A stretch of DNA of 64,000 nt, from NCBI GenBank assembly GCA_965261185.1, contig CBDHCN010000002.1, forward strand, positions 2,272,813-2,336,812, given 5' to 3'. The stretch comes from Candidatus Aldehydirespiratoraceae bacterium. GTDB taxonomy: Bacteria; Actinomycetota; Acidimicrobiia; Acidimicrobiales; Aldehydirespiratoraceae. The notes below the pieces were generated by a model. That model saw nothing but the letters and a program-made list of their open reading frames with translations. It searched no databases and had not been told where the DNA came from. Of the stretch, positions 8,947 to 17,968 are shown piece after piece. Numbering within the stretch: the stretch's first letter is position 1; each line of letters starts with the position of its first letter. The translations under genes were made by a program, and so were the position numbers.

Positions 8947-9920
8947 GTATTGCCAGAGTCGGTCTCGGGTTGGATTGAGTCGATCAGGCCCCAATCCAAC
9001 GCGGTATTGGCGTCGATTGTGTTGTCTTGAAGCAGCCAAGTGAGGGTGCGGTGCCGTCCGATCCGGGCTGGGATGCTAACGGTGCCGCCCACGCCGGGCA
9101 TCAGGCCCATGCGGGTTTCCGGCAGGCGAAACCGGGTGTTGGGATGCGCTTGGACGCGACCGCAGAAAGCCATCATCTCCACACCGGCACCGACACACGG
9201 TCCATGGACATGGGCTGTGACACGGTCGGCGACTCGGTGTAGATGTGCCGCGATGTTGGCGCTGGAACGCAGCATGTGCGCGGTCGCCGGGTCGGCGACG
9301 GTGCCGAACTCGGCGGGGTCGCCACCCGCGCAGAACGCGGGTCCCTCTCCCATCAGGCGGATTGGGCGGGTCGGTCCGTAGGCGAGCGCGGCGAAAGCAT
9401 CGATCAGTTCGTCGCGCATTCGTGCGTCGATGAGGTTGCGTAGCCGCGGCCGGTCAAGGATCACATCCACCCGGTCAGCGTGTTCACGGGTCCGTATCCG
9501 TGGGCTGTCATCGTTGCGCACCCGACGCCCTTGCGCCGCGAGCCAGGAAGCGAACTCGGACCCTGACTGCAGGGTTGCGTAAGCGAGCGATTCGACCAGC
9601 AACCCTTCGTCGACGGTTCGACTATCGCCCTCTCGGAGAATTTGTGCGGTGGTCACAGCGGCCGTAGGCGCAGCGAGGACCCCCGAGATGATCGAATGTG
9701 GATCTGTTGTGCGGATGTCCCACGCGAAGTCAGCGGAACTACCCACTCCGATAGCAACGACTGGAAGCCGAGCCAGGCGGTTGGCGATTTCGGCACCTTG
9801 ACGGTCGCCGAGTTCGACCGCTACGACCGGTATGTCAACGGCGGCACCGATCATGCGGTCGATGCCCGGTGACGCCACCGCGGCCTGGGCTTGCTCCCAC
9901 GACCATTCAGCGGCGTCCAT
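8943..9920 (-). CDS. enoyl-CoA hydratase/isomerase (crotonase) family protein with atypical domain order
   Basis: The crotonase core (GEGPAFCAGGDPAEFG ... HGPCVGAGVEMMAFC ... PETRMGLMPGVGGT) sits in the C-terminal two-thirds. The likely start is the ATG at 9920, 7 nt after the stop of the upstream ligase. The track ORF to 10196 overlaps that ligase. Confidence 0.75.
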   Translation of the reverse strand: MDAAEWSWEQAQAAVASPGIDRMIGAAVDIPVVAVELGDRQGAEIANRLARLPVVAIGVGSSADFAWDIRTTDPHSIISGVLAAPTAAVTTAQILREGDSRTVDEGLLVESLAYATLQSGSEFASWLAAQGRRVRNDDSPRIRTREHADRVDVILDRPRLRNLIDARMRDELIDAFAALAYGPTRPIRLMGEGPAFCAGGDPAEFGTVADPATAHMLRSSANIAAHLHRVADRVTAHVHGPCVGAGVEMMAFCGRVQAHPNTRFRLPETRMGLMPGVGGTVSIPARIGRHRTLTWLLQDNTIDANTALDWGLIDSIQPETDSGNT

Positions 9921-9927
9921 CAATACC

Positions 9928-11460
9928 TCAGCAGTCCGGCTCGCCGAGATACCCGTGATGCTCGCGCAACACCCTGCGCAAGAGTTTTCCGGTGTCGCTG
10001 TAGGGGAGTTCGTCGACCACCACCACATGCTCGGGAACCCGACTCGATCGCAGGCGCTCGCGCACCAGATCTTGGATCTCGCTTTCACTGACTCCATCAG
10101 TAGCTGCAGCCGCTCTGTCGGCGAGCACGACAACGGCCACCACCCTTTCACCCCATTGTTGGTCGGGCACGCCGATTGCGGCTGCGTCCTTGACACCTGG
10201 GTGGGTCAGCAGCACATCTTCGATTTCTCCTGGCGACATATTCTCTCCGCCGCGGATAATGACGTCGTCGTTGCGACCCTGGACGAAGAGGTAGCCAGCT
10301 TTGTCTATGAAGCCTCCGTCGCGGGTGGGGAACCAGCCGTCGACGAGCAGCGAACCTGCTTCGAGATATTCGCCCGACACTTGTTCACCGCGCACAAAGA
10401 TCTCACCGGGTTCGCCAGCAGCTAGTTCCGCACCAACGTCATCGCGGATTGAGAGTTCCACACCGGGGAGTGCGCGCCCGACCGAGCCGAGGCGTCGTTG
10501 CTCGGTGGGATCCTCGCTGTACTGGGCCACCCGATGGTCGTCGGGGCCCAACAGGGCGATGGTGGAACTAGTTTCAGTGAGGCCGTAGGCATTGACGAAC
10601 GAGGTGATTGGAAACAACTCCAATGCTCGGGTAATCACCGGTAGCGCCATTCTGCCTCCACCATAAGACAGGGTTCGGACCCCTAGCAGGGGTTCGCTGC
10701 CACGGGAGTCGAGGGCTTCGACGATGCGGGCCAACATGGTGGGCACGACCATGGCGTGGGTGGCACCCTCGCGTTCCACGGTGTCGATCCAATCATCAGG
10801 ATCGAACTTCGGGAGTTGCACGATTCGGCGTCCGGCATACACCGACGAGAGCATGGCGGAAACGCCCGCCACATGGTAGGGAGGCACGCTGACGATGGTT
10901 GCTTCATCAGCGGCTGCACCCATGAACTCAACCGAACCCAAGATGTAGGAGACTAGGTGCTTGTGGCGCAACACAGCGGATTTCGGAGCACCGGTTGTGC
11001 CACTCGTGAAGAGAAGCACTGCAATATCTTCAGGGTCCATCGACCAGTCGGGTGCCGCGCACGGCGCTGCTCCGTTGGCAGGATCTTCGAGAAACTGCTG
11101 ACGAGTCAGCGTTTGAAGACGTTCCACCCCCGATAGTCGGACAGACCCGGCCTCATCTGTGATTACCACCCCGGGGGCGCTGCGCTGAGCCAACGAGCAA
11201 AGGTCGTCGTCGGGCAGCCGATAGTTGAGAGGCGCATAAGGCATGCCCGCCCATGCCGCGCCGAACAGAGAAATCGGCACTGCCGGACTCGACTCGTCGC
11301 ACAACACGACCGTGTCACCGTCGGTTGCCCGGAATTGCGCTGCCGCCATCGCAGCCTGCTCATACAGCTGCCGGTAGGTGATCCCGTTTTCTAACGAGCC
11401 AACTGCGACCCGATCACCGAGTCCTTCCGCCGCCATCTCAAGCAGCATCATCAGGTTCAT
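9928..11460 (-). CDS. AMP-dependent acyl-CoA synthetase/ligase
   Basis: 510 aa with LFTSGTTGAPKSA, YGLTETSS and GWFPTRDGG motifs. Confidence 0.9.
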   Translation of the reverse strand: MNLMMLLEMAAEGLGDRVAVGSLENGITYRQLYEQAAMAAAQFRATDGDTVVLCDESSPAVPISLFGAAWAGMPYAPLNYRLPDDDLCSLAQRSAPGVVITDEAGSVRLSGVERLQTLTRQQFLEDPANGAAPCAAPDWSMDPEDIAVLLFTSGTTGAPKSAVLRHKHLVSYILGSVEFMGAAADEATIVSVPPYHVAGVSAMLSSVYAGRRIVQLPKFDPDDWIDTVEREGATHAMVVPTMLARIVEALDSRGSEPLLGVRTLSYGGGRMALPVITRALELFPITSFVNAYGLTETSSTIALLGPDDHRVAQYSEDPTEQRRLGSVGRALPGVELSIRDDVGAELAAGEPGEIFVRGEQVSGEYLEAGSLLVDGWFPTRDGGFIDKAGYLFVQGRNDDVIIRGGENMSPGEIEDVLLTHPGVKDAAAIGVPDQQWGERVVAVVVLADRAAAATDGVSESEIQDLVRERLRSSRVPEHVVVVDELPYSDTGKLLRRVLREHHGYLGEPDC

Positions 11461-11477
11461 GGTGGGGCCCGGCCGAA

Positions 11478-11783
11478 TCAGTCTGAGGCAGGCAGGGTTT
11501 TCGCCTCAGCGACGCTCAAAGCGGCCCCAGCAATGGTCATGGAGCCTGCTCCGCCTTTGGTGGCTAGCAGTTCAACGGTGCCTTCCGGGTTGCTGTAACG
11601 CTTACCGAGCAGGGTGCCTTCGGCTGCATTCGGTGCAGGCTCGCCGGTGATTTCGTTGGCTCCCGCTGCAACCATGGCGGCGCCGCCACAGGCCAACTCG
11701 GCCTCACCATCGCCTTTCACCACGATTACTTGCGTGGTGCAAACCGTGCTCTGGAAGCGGGCACCGGGCTTTAGTTCGACCAT
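11478..11783 (-). CDS. small Gly/Ala-rich hypothetical protein
   Basis: 101-aa ORF lying 17 nt downstream of nothing else and upstream of the ligase on the same strand. I recognise no family. Confidence 0.4.
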   Translation of the reverse strand: MVELKPGARFQSTVCTTQVIVVKGDGEAELACGGAAMVAAGANEITGEPAPNAAEGTLLGKRYSNPEGTVELLATKGGAGSMTIAGAALSVAEAKTLPASD

Positions 11784-11902
11784 CGTCTGTTACTCCTGGG
11801 CGTTGGTTGGTGCTCCATTGTGCCGCGAAGCCTGGCTGAGACCAAAGCAGCCCTGGTGTTTGCCGCGGTTTTGGCCAACCAGAGTGGCTATCGTCGGGCG
11901 TC

Positions 11903-13165
11903 ATGAGGCGACGGGAGTGCGATCTCGTGGCGTGGGCGTCAAGTGGTGCCATGTGGTTGACGGGCCAGCGGGACGGTCCGCCGTCGGCCGCTCCGGCTCG
12001 GGTGGCTGAAGCTCTGGTCGCGGCAGCTGGCGATCTGGCACAACAGACCGCCCGATGGGGCCGAACCGTGGTTGTCGACGGACCCTCCTTGATGGGCGAA
12101 CGTGCCGCGCTCACCGGTATGAGCCGCAACGGCGATACGTCGGTCGGAGGGTCGGCTCTTTTCGTGCAAGCAGCTGACGGCTGGATCGTGGCGAACCTCG
12201 CTCGGACCGAGGATGTGGAGTCACTTCCGGCGCTTGTGGGCCAATCGTTGAGCGCCGCTGACTGGCCTATGATTGCCGCTGGTATCGGTCAACTTCCCAG
12301 CGCTGAGATTGTAGATAAGGCAACGCTGCTCGGGATCCCGATAGCGGTTCCGTCTAGTTATCCGATACCTGCCTCATCACCTAGTCGGGAACTTCATCGT
12401 GGTGGCCCGCGCCGGGTGGTTGAGCGGCCTTTGGTTGTGGACCTCACATCTTTGTGGGCCGGTCCGTTGGTCGGCGGGCTGCTCGCCGAGGCTGGTGCTC
12501 GGGTTGTGAAAGTGGAAGGCACGGGCCGTCCCGACGGGGCTCGCAGAGGGACTCCTGAGTTCTTTGATCTGCTCAACCACGCCAAAGAATGCGTCGAAAT
12601 CGACTTCACGAACGCCGACGACCAAGCGTTTCTGCGCCGTTTGCTGGCCGCTGCCGACCTCGTTTTGGAGGGCTCTCGACCTCGGGTGATGGATCAACTG
12701 GGGGTCGATCCCTGCGCACTGGCCGATACGGGTGTTGCCTGGTTGTCGATCAGTGCATATGGCCGGACCGGGGATGCGGCGTTGCGTGTCGGATTCGGGG
12801 ACGATACGGCAGTAGCGGGAGGTCTTTGGTTGCCCGGCGACCCTCCCGGCTTTGTCGCTGACGCAGTAGCTGATCCGATCACGGGTTTGGCAGCAGCCGC
12901 TTTGGGGGGGCGGTTGTTGGCTTCAAAGCATGCGGCGGTTGTGGAGATGCCACTCGCCCGAGCCGCAGCCTGGGCTGCGACCTTTGCGACATCAGATTCT
13001 GTCGATGCGCGTCTGCACAATGATGGTGATCGGTGGCTGGTGGAAGTCGCCGACGAATGGCTACCGGTCTTGCCGCCACGACACCGAGCGTTGCCATCAC
13101 CGGCGCAACCGGTGGGTAGTCACAGCGCTTCGCTCAGAGCGGAGTTCAGAGCAACCCACACATGA
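11903..13165 (+). CDS. family III CoA-transferase (CaiB/BaiF)
   Basis: 420 aa. The LVVDLTSLWAGPLVGGLLAEAGARVVKVE motif is typical of family III CoA-transferases. Confidence 0.75.
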   Translation: MRRRECDLVAWASSGAMWLTGQRDGPPSAAPARVAEALVAAAGDLAQQTARWGRTVVVDGPSLMGERAALTGMSRNGDTSVGGSALFVQAADGWIVANLARTEDVESLPALVGQSLSAADWPMIAAGIGQLPSAEIVDKATLLGIPIAVPSSYPIPASSPSRELHRGGPRRVVERPLVVDLTSLWAGPLVGGLLAEAGARVVKVEGTGRPDGARRGTPEFFDLLNHAKECVEIDFTNADDQAFLRRLLAAADLVLEGSRPRVMDQLGVDPCALADTGVAWLSISAYGRTGDAALRVGFGDDTAVAGGLWLPGDPPGFVADAVADPITGLAAAALGGRLLASKHAAVVEMPLARAAAWAATFATSDSVDARLHNDGDRWLVEVADEWLPVLPPRHRALPSPAQPVGSHSASLRAEFRATHT

Positions 13166-13215
13166 GGTAGACCGAGAGTTCGTGTGCGTCGGGGGAGTTG
13201 CTAGGGTCACTTTCG

Positions 13216-14715
13216 ATGGGCGATAGCCACGATTGGGGTGAAACCCTTGACGATTTAGAGGCACGCCGGGCAACAGCATTCGCTATGGGAGGCACCGAAA
13301 AGTTGGGTGCCCGTGCTGCGTCGGGGCGCCTAGATGCCCGCAGTCGGGTTGCGGGGCTGCTTGACGATGGCTCGTTTACCGAGATCGGTACATTGGCAGG
13401 TGGGTCCGCTCCGGCTGATGCTCTGGTCGCTGGCGTGGGAAAAATCGATGGTCGCTCCGTGGCGGTTGGCGCTGAAGATTTCACGACTATGGGCGGTTCG
13501 ATCGGTGCGGCCGCTTCACGCAAACGCTGGCGTATCGCCGATATCGCCCGCCGTGAACGTATCCCGTTAGTGATGCTGCTCGAAGGTGCCGGCCATCGAC
13601 CACCGAGACCAGGGGACCCCGCTGGCGGTGGCCCGGGTGATCTCCAAGCTCAGGGGCGGCTCTCGGGTTACGTGCCGATGGTGTGCGCGGTGATGGGTTC
13701 ATCGGCCGGTCACGGCGCTATCACTGCGCCGTTGTGCGACTGGTCAGTTATGACCGCCGACGCCGCTATTTTTACAGCCGGTCCGCCGGTGGTGAAGGCA
13801 TCGCTGGGTGAAGACGTCACTAAAGGCGAACTGGGCGGCCCGGCCGTAGCAATAGCTAGCGGTGTGGTACACAATGTCGCGGCTGACGATGTTTCGTTGC
13901 TTGCCGATGTGCGCACGTATTTAGGGTTTTTTGGGTCGTCGGCGTGGGAACAGCCCCCATGGTGCGATACCGGTGATCTCGGGCCTAGGCGCCTAGAAGA
14001 CATGCTTGAGATTGTCCCCCGTGATGGTTCTGCAGGTTACGACATGCGGCTCGCGGTGAGCCGGCTAGTTGACGGCGGCGGGTTCTTTCAGATCCAACCC
14101 GATTTTGGTCCGTCAATCGTATGTGCGCTTGCTCGCATCGGAGGCTGCGCGGTTGGGGTGGTGGCCAACCAGCCTGCGGTCATCTCGGGTTCGATTGACG
14201 TTGACGCGGCCGATAAAGCAGCTCATTTCATCGAAGTGTGCGACAGTTTCCATCTTCCTTTGGTGTTCTTGACTGATAACCCGGGTGTATTGGCGGGAAC
14301 GGCCTCGGAGCGCGCTGGGATCCTGCGGGCGGGCGCTCGCATGTTCACCGCCCAAACCCGTGCTTCAACGGTCAAGATTCAGGTCACGATGCGCAAGGCG
14401 TACGGGTTCGGTTCGTGTGTGATGGCAATGAATTCCTTCGACAATCAGACAGTGTCGTATGCGTTTCCGGGCGCCACGATGGGGGCTATGGGTTCGGCGG
14501 GCGCTAGTGACGCGGTGGGTGCCGATGCGGTCACCCGTGAACAGCTCCGACAGGCGGAGTTGGAATCGAGTTACCGTTCAGCGTCGGGACTCGGCTTCGA
14601 CGAGTTGATCGATCCGCGAGACCTGCGCAACGCCGTCCTCGCAGGTCTTGAGTTGAGCGCTCGCCGTCGCATGGCGGCCCCTCAACCCAAAGCCCGCGTC
14701 GGAATCACCCCCTGA
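13216..14715 (+). CDS. acyl-CoA carboxylase carboxyltransferase (beta) subunit
   Basis: About 500 aa with two crotonase-like CT halves (GGSIGAAASRK..., LVFLTDNPGVLAGTASERAGILRAG). I chose the ATG at 13216. The track ORF begins at the TTG at 13198. Confidence 0.8.
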   Translation: MGDSHDWGETLDDLEARRATAFAMGGTEKLGARAASGRLDARSRVAGLLDDGSFTEIGTLAGGSAPADALVAGVGKIDGRSVAVGAEDFTTMGGSIGAAASRKRWRIADIARRERIPLVMLLEGAGHRPPRPGDPAGGGPGDLQAQGRLSGYVPMVCAVMGSSAGHGAITAPLCDWSVMTADAAIFTAGPPVVKASLGEDVTKGELGGPAVAIASGVVHNVAADDVSLLADVRTYLGFFGSSAWEQPPWCDTGDLGPRRLEDMLEIVPRDGSAGYDMRLAVSRLVDGGGFFQIQPDFGPSIVCALARIGGCAVGVVANQPAVISGSIDVDAADKAAHFIEVCDSFHLPLVFLTDNPGVLAGTASERAGILRAGARMFTAQTRASTVKIQVTMRKAYGFGSCVMAMNSFDNQTVSYAFPGATMGAMGSAGASDAVGADAVTREQLRQAELESSYRSASGLGFDELIDPRDLRNAVLAGLELSARRRMAAPQPKARVGITP

Positions 14716-14731
14716 AGCGGCAGTCTTGGAA

Positions 14732-15709
14732 CTACTCGGGCTTAACGTAGAGATCGACTTCCAGGGTCGGGTTCAGAACGTCTTCCGTTTCCAGCCCGGC
14801 GGGTTGTCGGGCGAGCGTCTCTTGCACCTGGCAGAGCATTTCGTCGTACTCGCTAGGTGGGACCAACCAGAACTCGGAGTGAACCCGTAGTCGTAAGTGC
14901 TCGATGGACTCCCGATGCATCATAGTTTTGGTCCACTTGAGATCCGCAACGTCAAGTTGCAGGTGGGTCATGTTGAGGGTGGCGAAAACGGAGGAGATTA
15001 CATAACGATCCCCCTTTTGTCGCTGTGGCAAGGATCCCCGTTCATCACACATTTCGCGGAAGTGTCGCCTGGGTGTGCTGTCGAAAGCGTTATTCCCGTG
15101 GACTACGATCACGATGCCACCGGGTCGCACGACACGCGCTAGTTCTTGGGTGACCTGTGCAGCGTTACCGAGGTGCAGAAACAGTCTGGAGATAATGGCC
15201 GCATCGAAATAGTTTTCGGGGAGGTCCATGTTTTCGGCATCGCCATAAACGAAAGATCCCCGCCACCCCGTCTGAAGCTCCGAATCTGCCTGCTCAAGCA
15301 TGGTCGACGACGTGTCAACCCCGGTCACTTCGAAACCCGAATCCATGAGTGGCATTGCGAGTCGCCCTGTTCCGCAATTGATATCAAGGACTTCCCAAGT
15401 GGAGTCCATGCTGGTCAGCGCCCCGATTCGGGTGTAACAATCCCCAAGCAGATCAGCGGGGATGTCTCTCGTGCTGTCGTGCCAGTCAGCAATTGAATCG
15501 TGGTCCGGCTCCTCTTCGGACCTCTTCATCAGGCCAACACCATTCATCTCGACGCGACGTGGTCTCAACACCCAGTAGGCCAAAGTTCTCAAGATGTCTG
15601 GCGCGACCCCGACCCGGCCAATCAGCTTCATGGTCTTGAAAAATACCTTCGCCCGCCTGCCCTCAAAGTAGCCTGAGTAGCGTGGCTTCTTTGGGGAGCG
15701 TTCGCTCAT
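14732..15709 (-). CDS. class I SAM-dependent methyltransferase
   Basis: VLDINCGTGRLAMPL (motif I) and a downstream GGIVIV motif. A sampled line is about 50% GC, lower than the flanks. The start codon is uncertain. Confidence 0.7.
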   Translation of the reverse strand: MSERSPKKPRYSGYFEGRRAKVFFKTMKLIGRVGVAPDILRTLAYWVLRPRRVEMNGVGLMKRSEEEPDHDSIADWHDSTRDIPADLLGDCYTRIGALTSMDSTWEVLDINCGTGRLAMPLMDSGFEVTGVDTSSTMLEQADSELQTGWRGSFVYGDAENMDLPENYFDAAIISRLFLHLGNAAQVTQELARVVRPGGIVIVVHGNNAFDSTPRRHFREMCDERGSLPQRQKGDRYVISSVFATLNMTHLQLDVADLKWTKTMMHRESIEHLRLRVHSEFWLVPPSEYDEMLCQVQETLARQPAGLETEDVLNPTLEVDLYVKPE

Positions 15710-15838
15710 TCGAGAGGTTCGATCTCTGCAGATTCTTGCCAGAATATTTCGAAGTAGCCGTCGTCAGATTGAAGCGTCGCACCCTCCATCGCGAAATCAT
15801 AGGAGCGCTAAGCCCGTCTTCACTAGAGGTAGCGCCAT

Positions 15839-15946
15839 ATCCGCCTCAGACGCTGGATCCATGACTACAACGGTCACCGACACAGCACCGCCCTAGGCGA
15901 CTCATCCGCGTCCTGCGCGAACAACCTCACGCGAAGCGAAAGCTAG
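15839..15946 (+). pseudogene. C-terminal remnant of an IS481/IS3-type (DDE) transposase
   Basis: My translation gives IRLRRWIHDYNGHRHSTALGDSSASCANNLTRSES*. This matches the conserved W...YN..RPH.ALGG....NNL C-terminus of these transposases. No intact upstream reading frame exists. Confidence 0.5.
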
Positions 15947-16013
15947 CGACGCGGTTGGTGCGGATGCGGTCACCCGTGAACCACTTCGACAGGCTGAGTT
16001 GGTCGCTGGATAG
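15942..16013 (+). pseudogene. orphan fragment duplicating part of the carboxyltransferase 3' region
   Basis: It translates to ASDAVGADAVTREPLRQAELVAG*, versus GASDAVGADAVTREQLRQAELESS at 14503-14570. The nucleotide copies are clearly related but diverged. Confidence 0.6.
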
Positions 16014-16041
16014 CCGCTGTGCCTTCGCCTAACGTTGCAAA

Positions 16042-16878
16042 ATGCTCAGCGTCGACGACCTGACCTCGTTTAACAACGATGGGTTCGTGATGGTTGGTGC
16101 GGTCCTCGACACAGATCAGATTGACCAACTGCGGGAGCGATTCGAGCGGGTTTTTGCTGGTGAGTTTGAAACCGGCACCGCTCCCGACGAGGTCAACTGG
16201 CAGCAAGGCAAAAGCGATCCGTCTCTGACCCGCCAAATATGCAACGCTTGGAAAGCCGACCGGCTCATCGCGGCCACGGTGCTTGACGAGCGCCTCGGCG
16301 CGGCCGTGGCCCGCCTGGCGGGCTGGCCCGGAGCGCGTATCGTGCAGGACAACGTGATTTGGAAACCGCCGGGGGCCAAATCGCTGGGCTTTCACCGCGA
16401 CAACGCCTACCTGGCCTGGTACACGCCGAGCGAGATGTGTTCGTGTTGGATAGCCCTCGACGACACCACAGCCTCGGGCGGCACCTTGGAATTGGCCCGC
16501 GGATCGCACCGTTGGCCAACAAAGGCTGATCCGCAGGGTGAGTTCCACGCTCCCGACGACTACAGGACGACCGTTGCGGCTGCTGCCGCGGCCGCAGGCG
16601 CTGAACTCGACATCGCCGCGCTGGAGTTGGCTGCTGGTGAAGCGGCGTTTCATCACGGATGGGCCTGGCACGGTTCGGGCCCGAACCAATCGGGGGCGCA
16701 CCGTCGGGCGCTGGTGCTGCACTGCGCGAGCAGCGAGGCCCGCTTCTGCCGTGCAGGATTCGGTTCGGGCAACGGCCCGGTGTATAGCCGTTATGCACGG
16801 CTCAACGATGATGAGATGGACGAAAACCACTTCCCGATCCTGTGGCACCGCGACGGCTACCGCACTCCAGGCATTTGA
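16042..16878 (+). CDS. phytanoyl-CoA dioxygenase (PhyH) family Fe(II)/2-oxoglutarate oxygenase
   Basis: 278 aa with a typical PhyH N-terminus (FNNDGFVMVGAVL) and an H.D ... H metal triad context (GFHRDN ... HHGWAWH). Confidence 0.75.
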   Translation: MLSVDDLTSFNNDGFVMVGAVLDTDQIDQLRERFERVFAGEFETGTAPDEVNWQQGKSDPSLTRQICNAWKADRLIAATVLDERLGAAVARLAGWPGARIVQDNVIWKPPGAKSLGFHRDNAYLAWYTPSEMCSCWIALDDTTASGGTLELARGSHRWPTKADPQGEFHAPDDYRTTVAAAAAAAGAELDIAALELAAGEAAFHHGWAWHGSGPNQSGAHRRALVLHCASSEARFCRAGFGSGNGPVYSRYARLNDDEMDENHFPILWHRDGYRTPGI

Positions 16879-16947
16879 ATTCGCGCGCTGAACACAGACT
16901 GCGCGGTTCTAGTTTCGTGTTTTGGTGCTGGTAGGGTCCGCGTCGGT

Positions 16948-17928
16948 ATGGAACAGATTGAACTTGTTGGTTTGGATAAACCTGTCAGCCGGTTGGTGCA
17001 CGGTTCGACAGGTTTGTTGGGTGCTGATGACACAGCGGCGTTTCCGGTGCTCGAAGCGGCTTTCGACGCGGGAATAAACGTTTTTGACACAGCTGCGGCG
17101 TATGCCTTCGGTGACTACAGCATGGATGCGATGCTCGGCCGGTGGATCCGGGACCGCGGCGGATGCGATGACATCGTTGTGATTGCCAAAGGCGCTCATC
17201 CGGCACCGCCTGACTGGCATCTCCCGCGGGTGAACCCGGCCGCTGTGGCCGACGACATTGATCTGACCCGTGATCGGATGGGCTTGGATTGTCTTGATCT
17301 TTGGTTGTTTCACCGCGACGACCCGACGGTAGACATTGGGTCGCTGGTTGAGGCTGCCACGGCGGCTGTTGATCGAGACCACATCAGTGCTTGGGGTGTG
17401 TCGAACTGGTCGGTGGCGCGGATCAAAGCCGCGATCGACTACGCGGCTGATCATGGTCTTCGCGCGCCGGTTTGCAATAGCGCCCACTACAGCCTCGCAA
17501 CCCAGCTTGACAGCCCTTGGGACGATGTGGTCACACTCACCGGTGAAGCGCAAGCGGATGACCGCGAATGGCATCGTGAAAGCGCTGTGAAGGTTGTTGC
17601 GTGGTCGGCGCTCGCGGGTGGTTTTTTGAGCGAGCGGGTCAGTCGAGAAGACTTGGAAGACCAGCCCGCGCCACATTTGGCAGACACCGCGCGATGTTAT
17701 TTCAACGAAGAGAACTGGCAACGCCGCGAGCGGGCCGCGGAGGTGGGTCGCGGTATGGATCTGAGCTTGAGCCAAACTGCACTGGCCTGGGTTTTTGCCG
17801 CTGATTTTCAACCTATGGCTATTGCGGGCAGCGTCACACCAGACGAAGTTCGTGAGAACGTCGCCGCGCAGGAAGCGCAGTTGAGCGAAGCAGACATCAG
17901 CTACATCAACGGAGGACCGGCGATTTAA
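16948..17928 (+). CDS. aldo/keto reductase
   Basis: 326 aa with GINVFDTAAAYAFG, a DLWLFHRDD-type motif and a WGVSNW motif. Confidence 0.8.
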   Translation: MEQIELVGLDKPVSRLVHGSTGLLGADDTAAFPVLEAAFDAGINVFDTAAAYAFGDYSMDAMLGRWIRDRGGCDDIVVIAKGAHPAPPDWHLPRVNPAAVADDIDLTRDRMGLDCLDLWLFHRDDPTVDIGSLVEAATAAVDRDHISAWGVSNWSVARIKAAIDYAADHGLRAPVCNSAHYSLATQLDSPWDDVVTLTGEAQADDREWHRESAVKVVAWSALAGGFLSERVSREDLEDQPAPHLADTARCYFNEENWQRRERAAEVGRGMDLSLSQTALAWVFAADFQPMAIAGSVTPDEVRENVAAQEAQLSEADISYINGGPAI

Positions 17929-17968
17929 GCCGTCATGGCCGTGACAGGCCCGCACCTCAGCATGGGCA

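Noticed and set aside
15970-16848. 292-aa minus-strand ORF (and 16265..16798)
   Set aside because: It is antisense to the PhyH dioxygenase gene. It is a shadow ORF.
16909-17955. 348-aa minus-strand ORF
   Set aside because: It is antisense to the aldo/keto reductase gene. No motif is recognisable and the composition is that of a shadow ORF.
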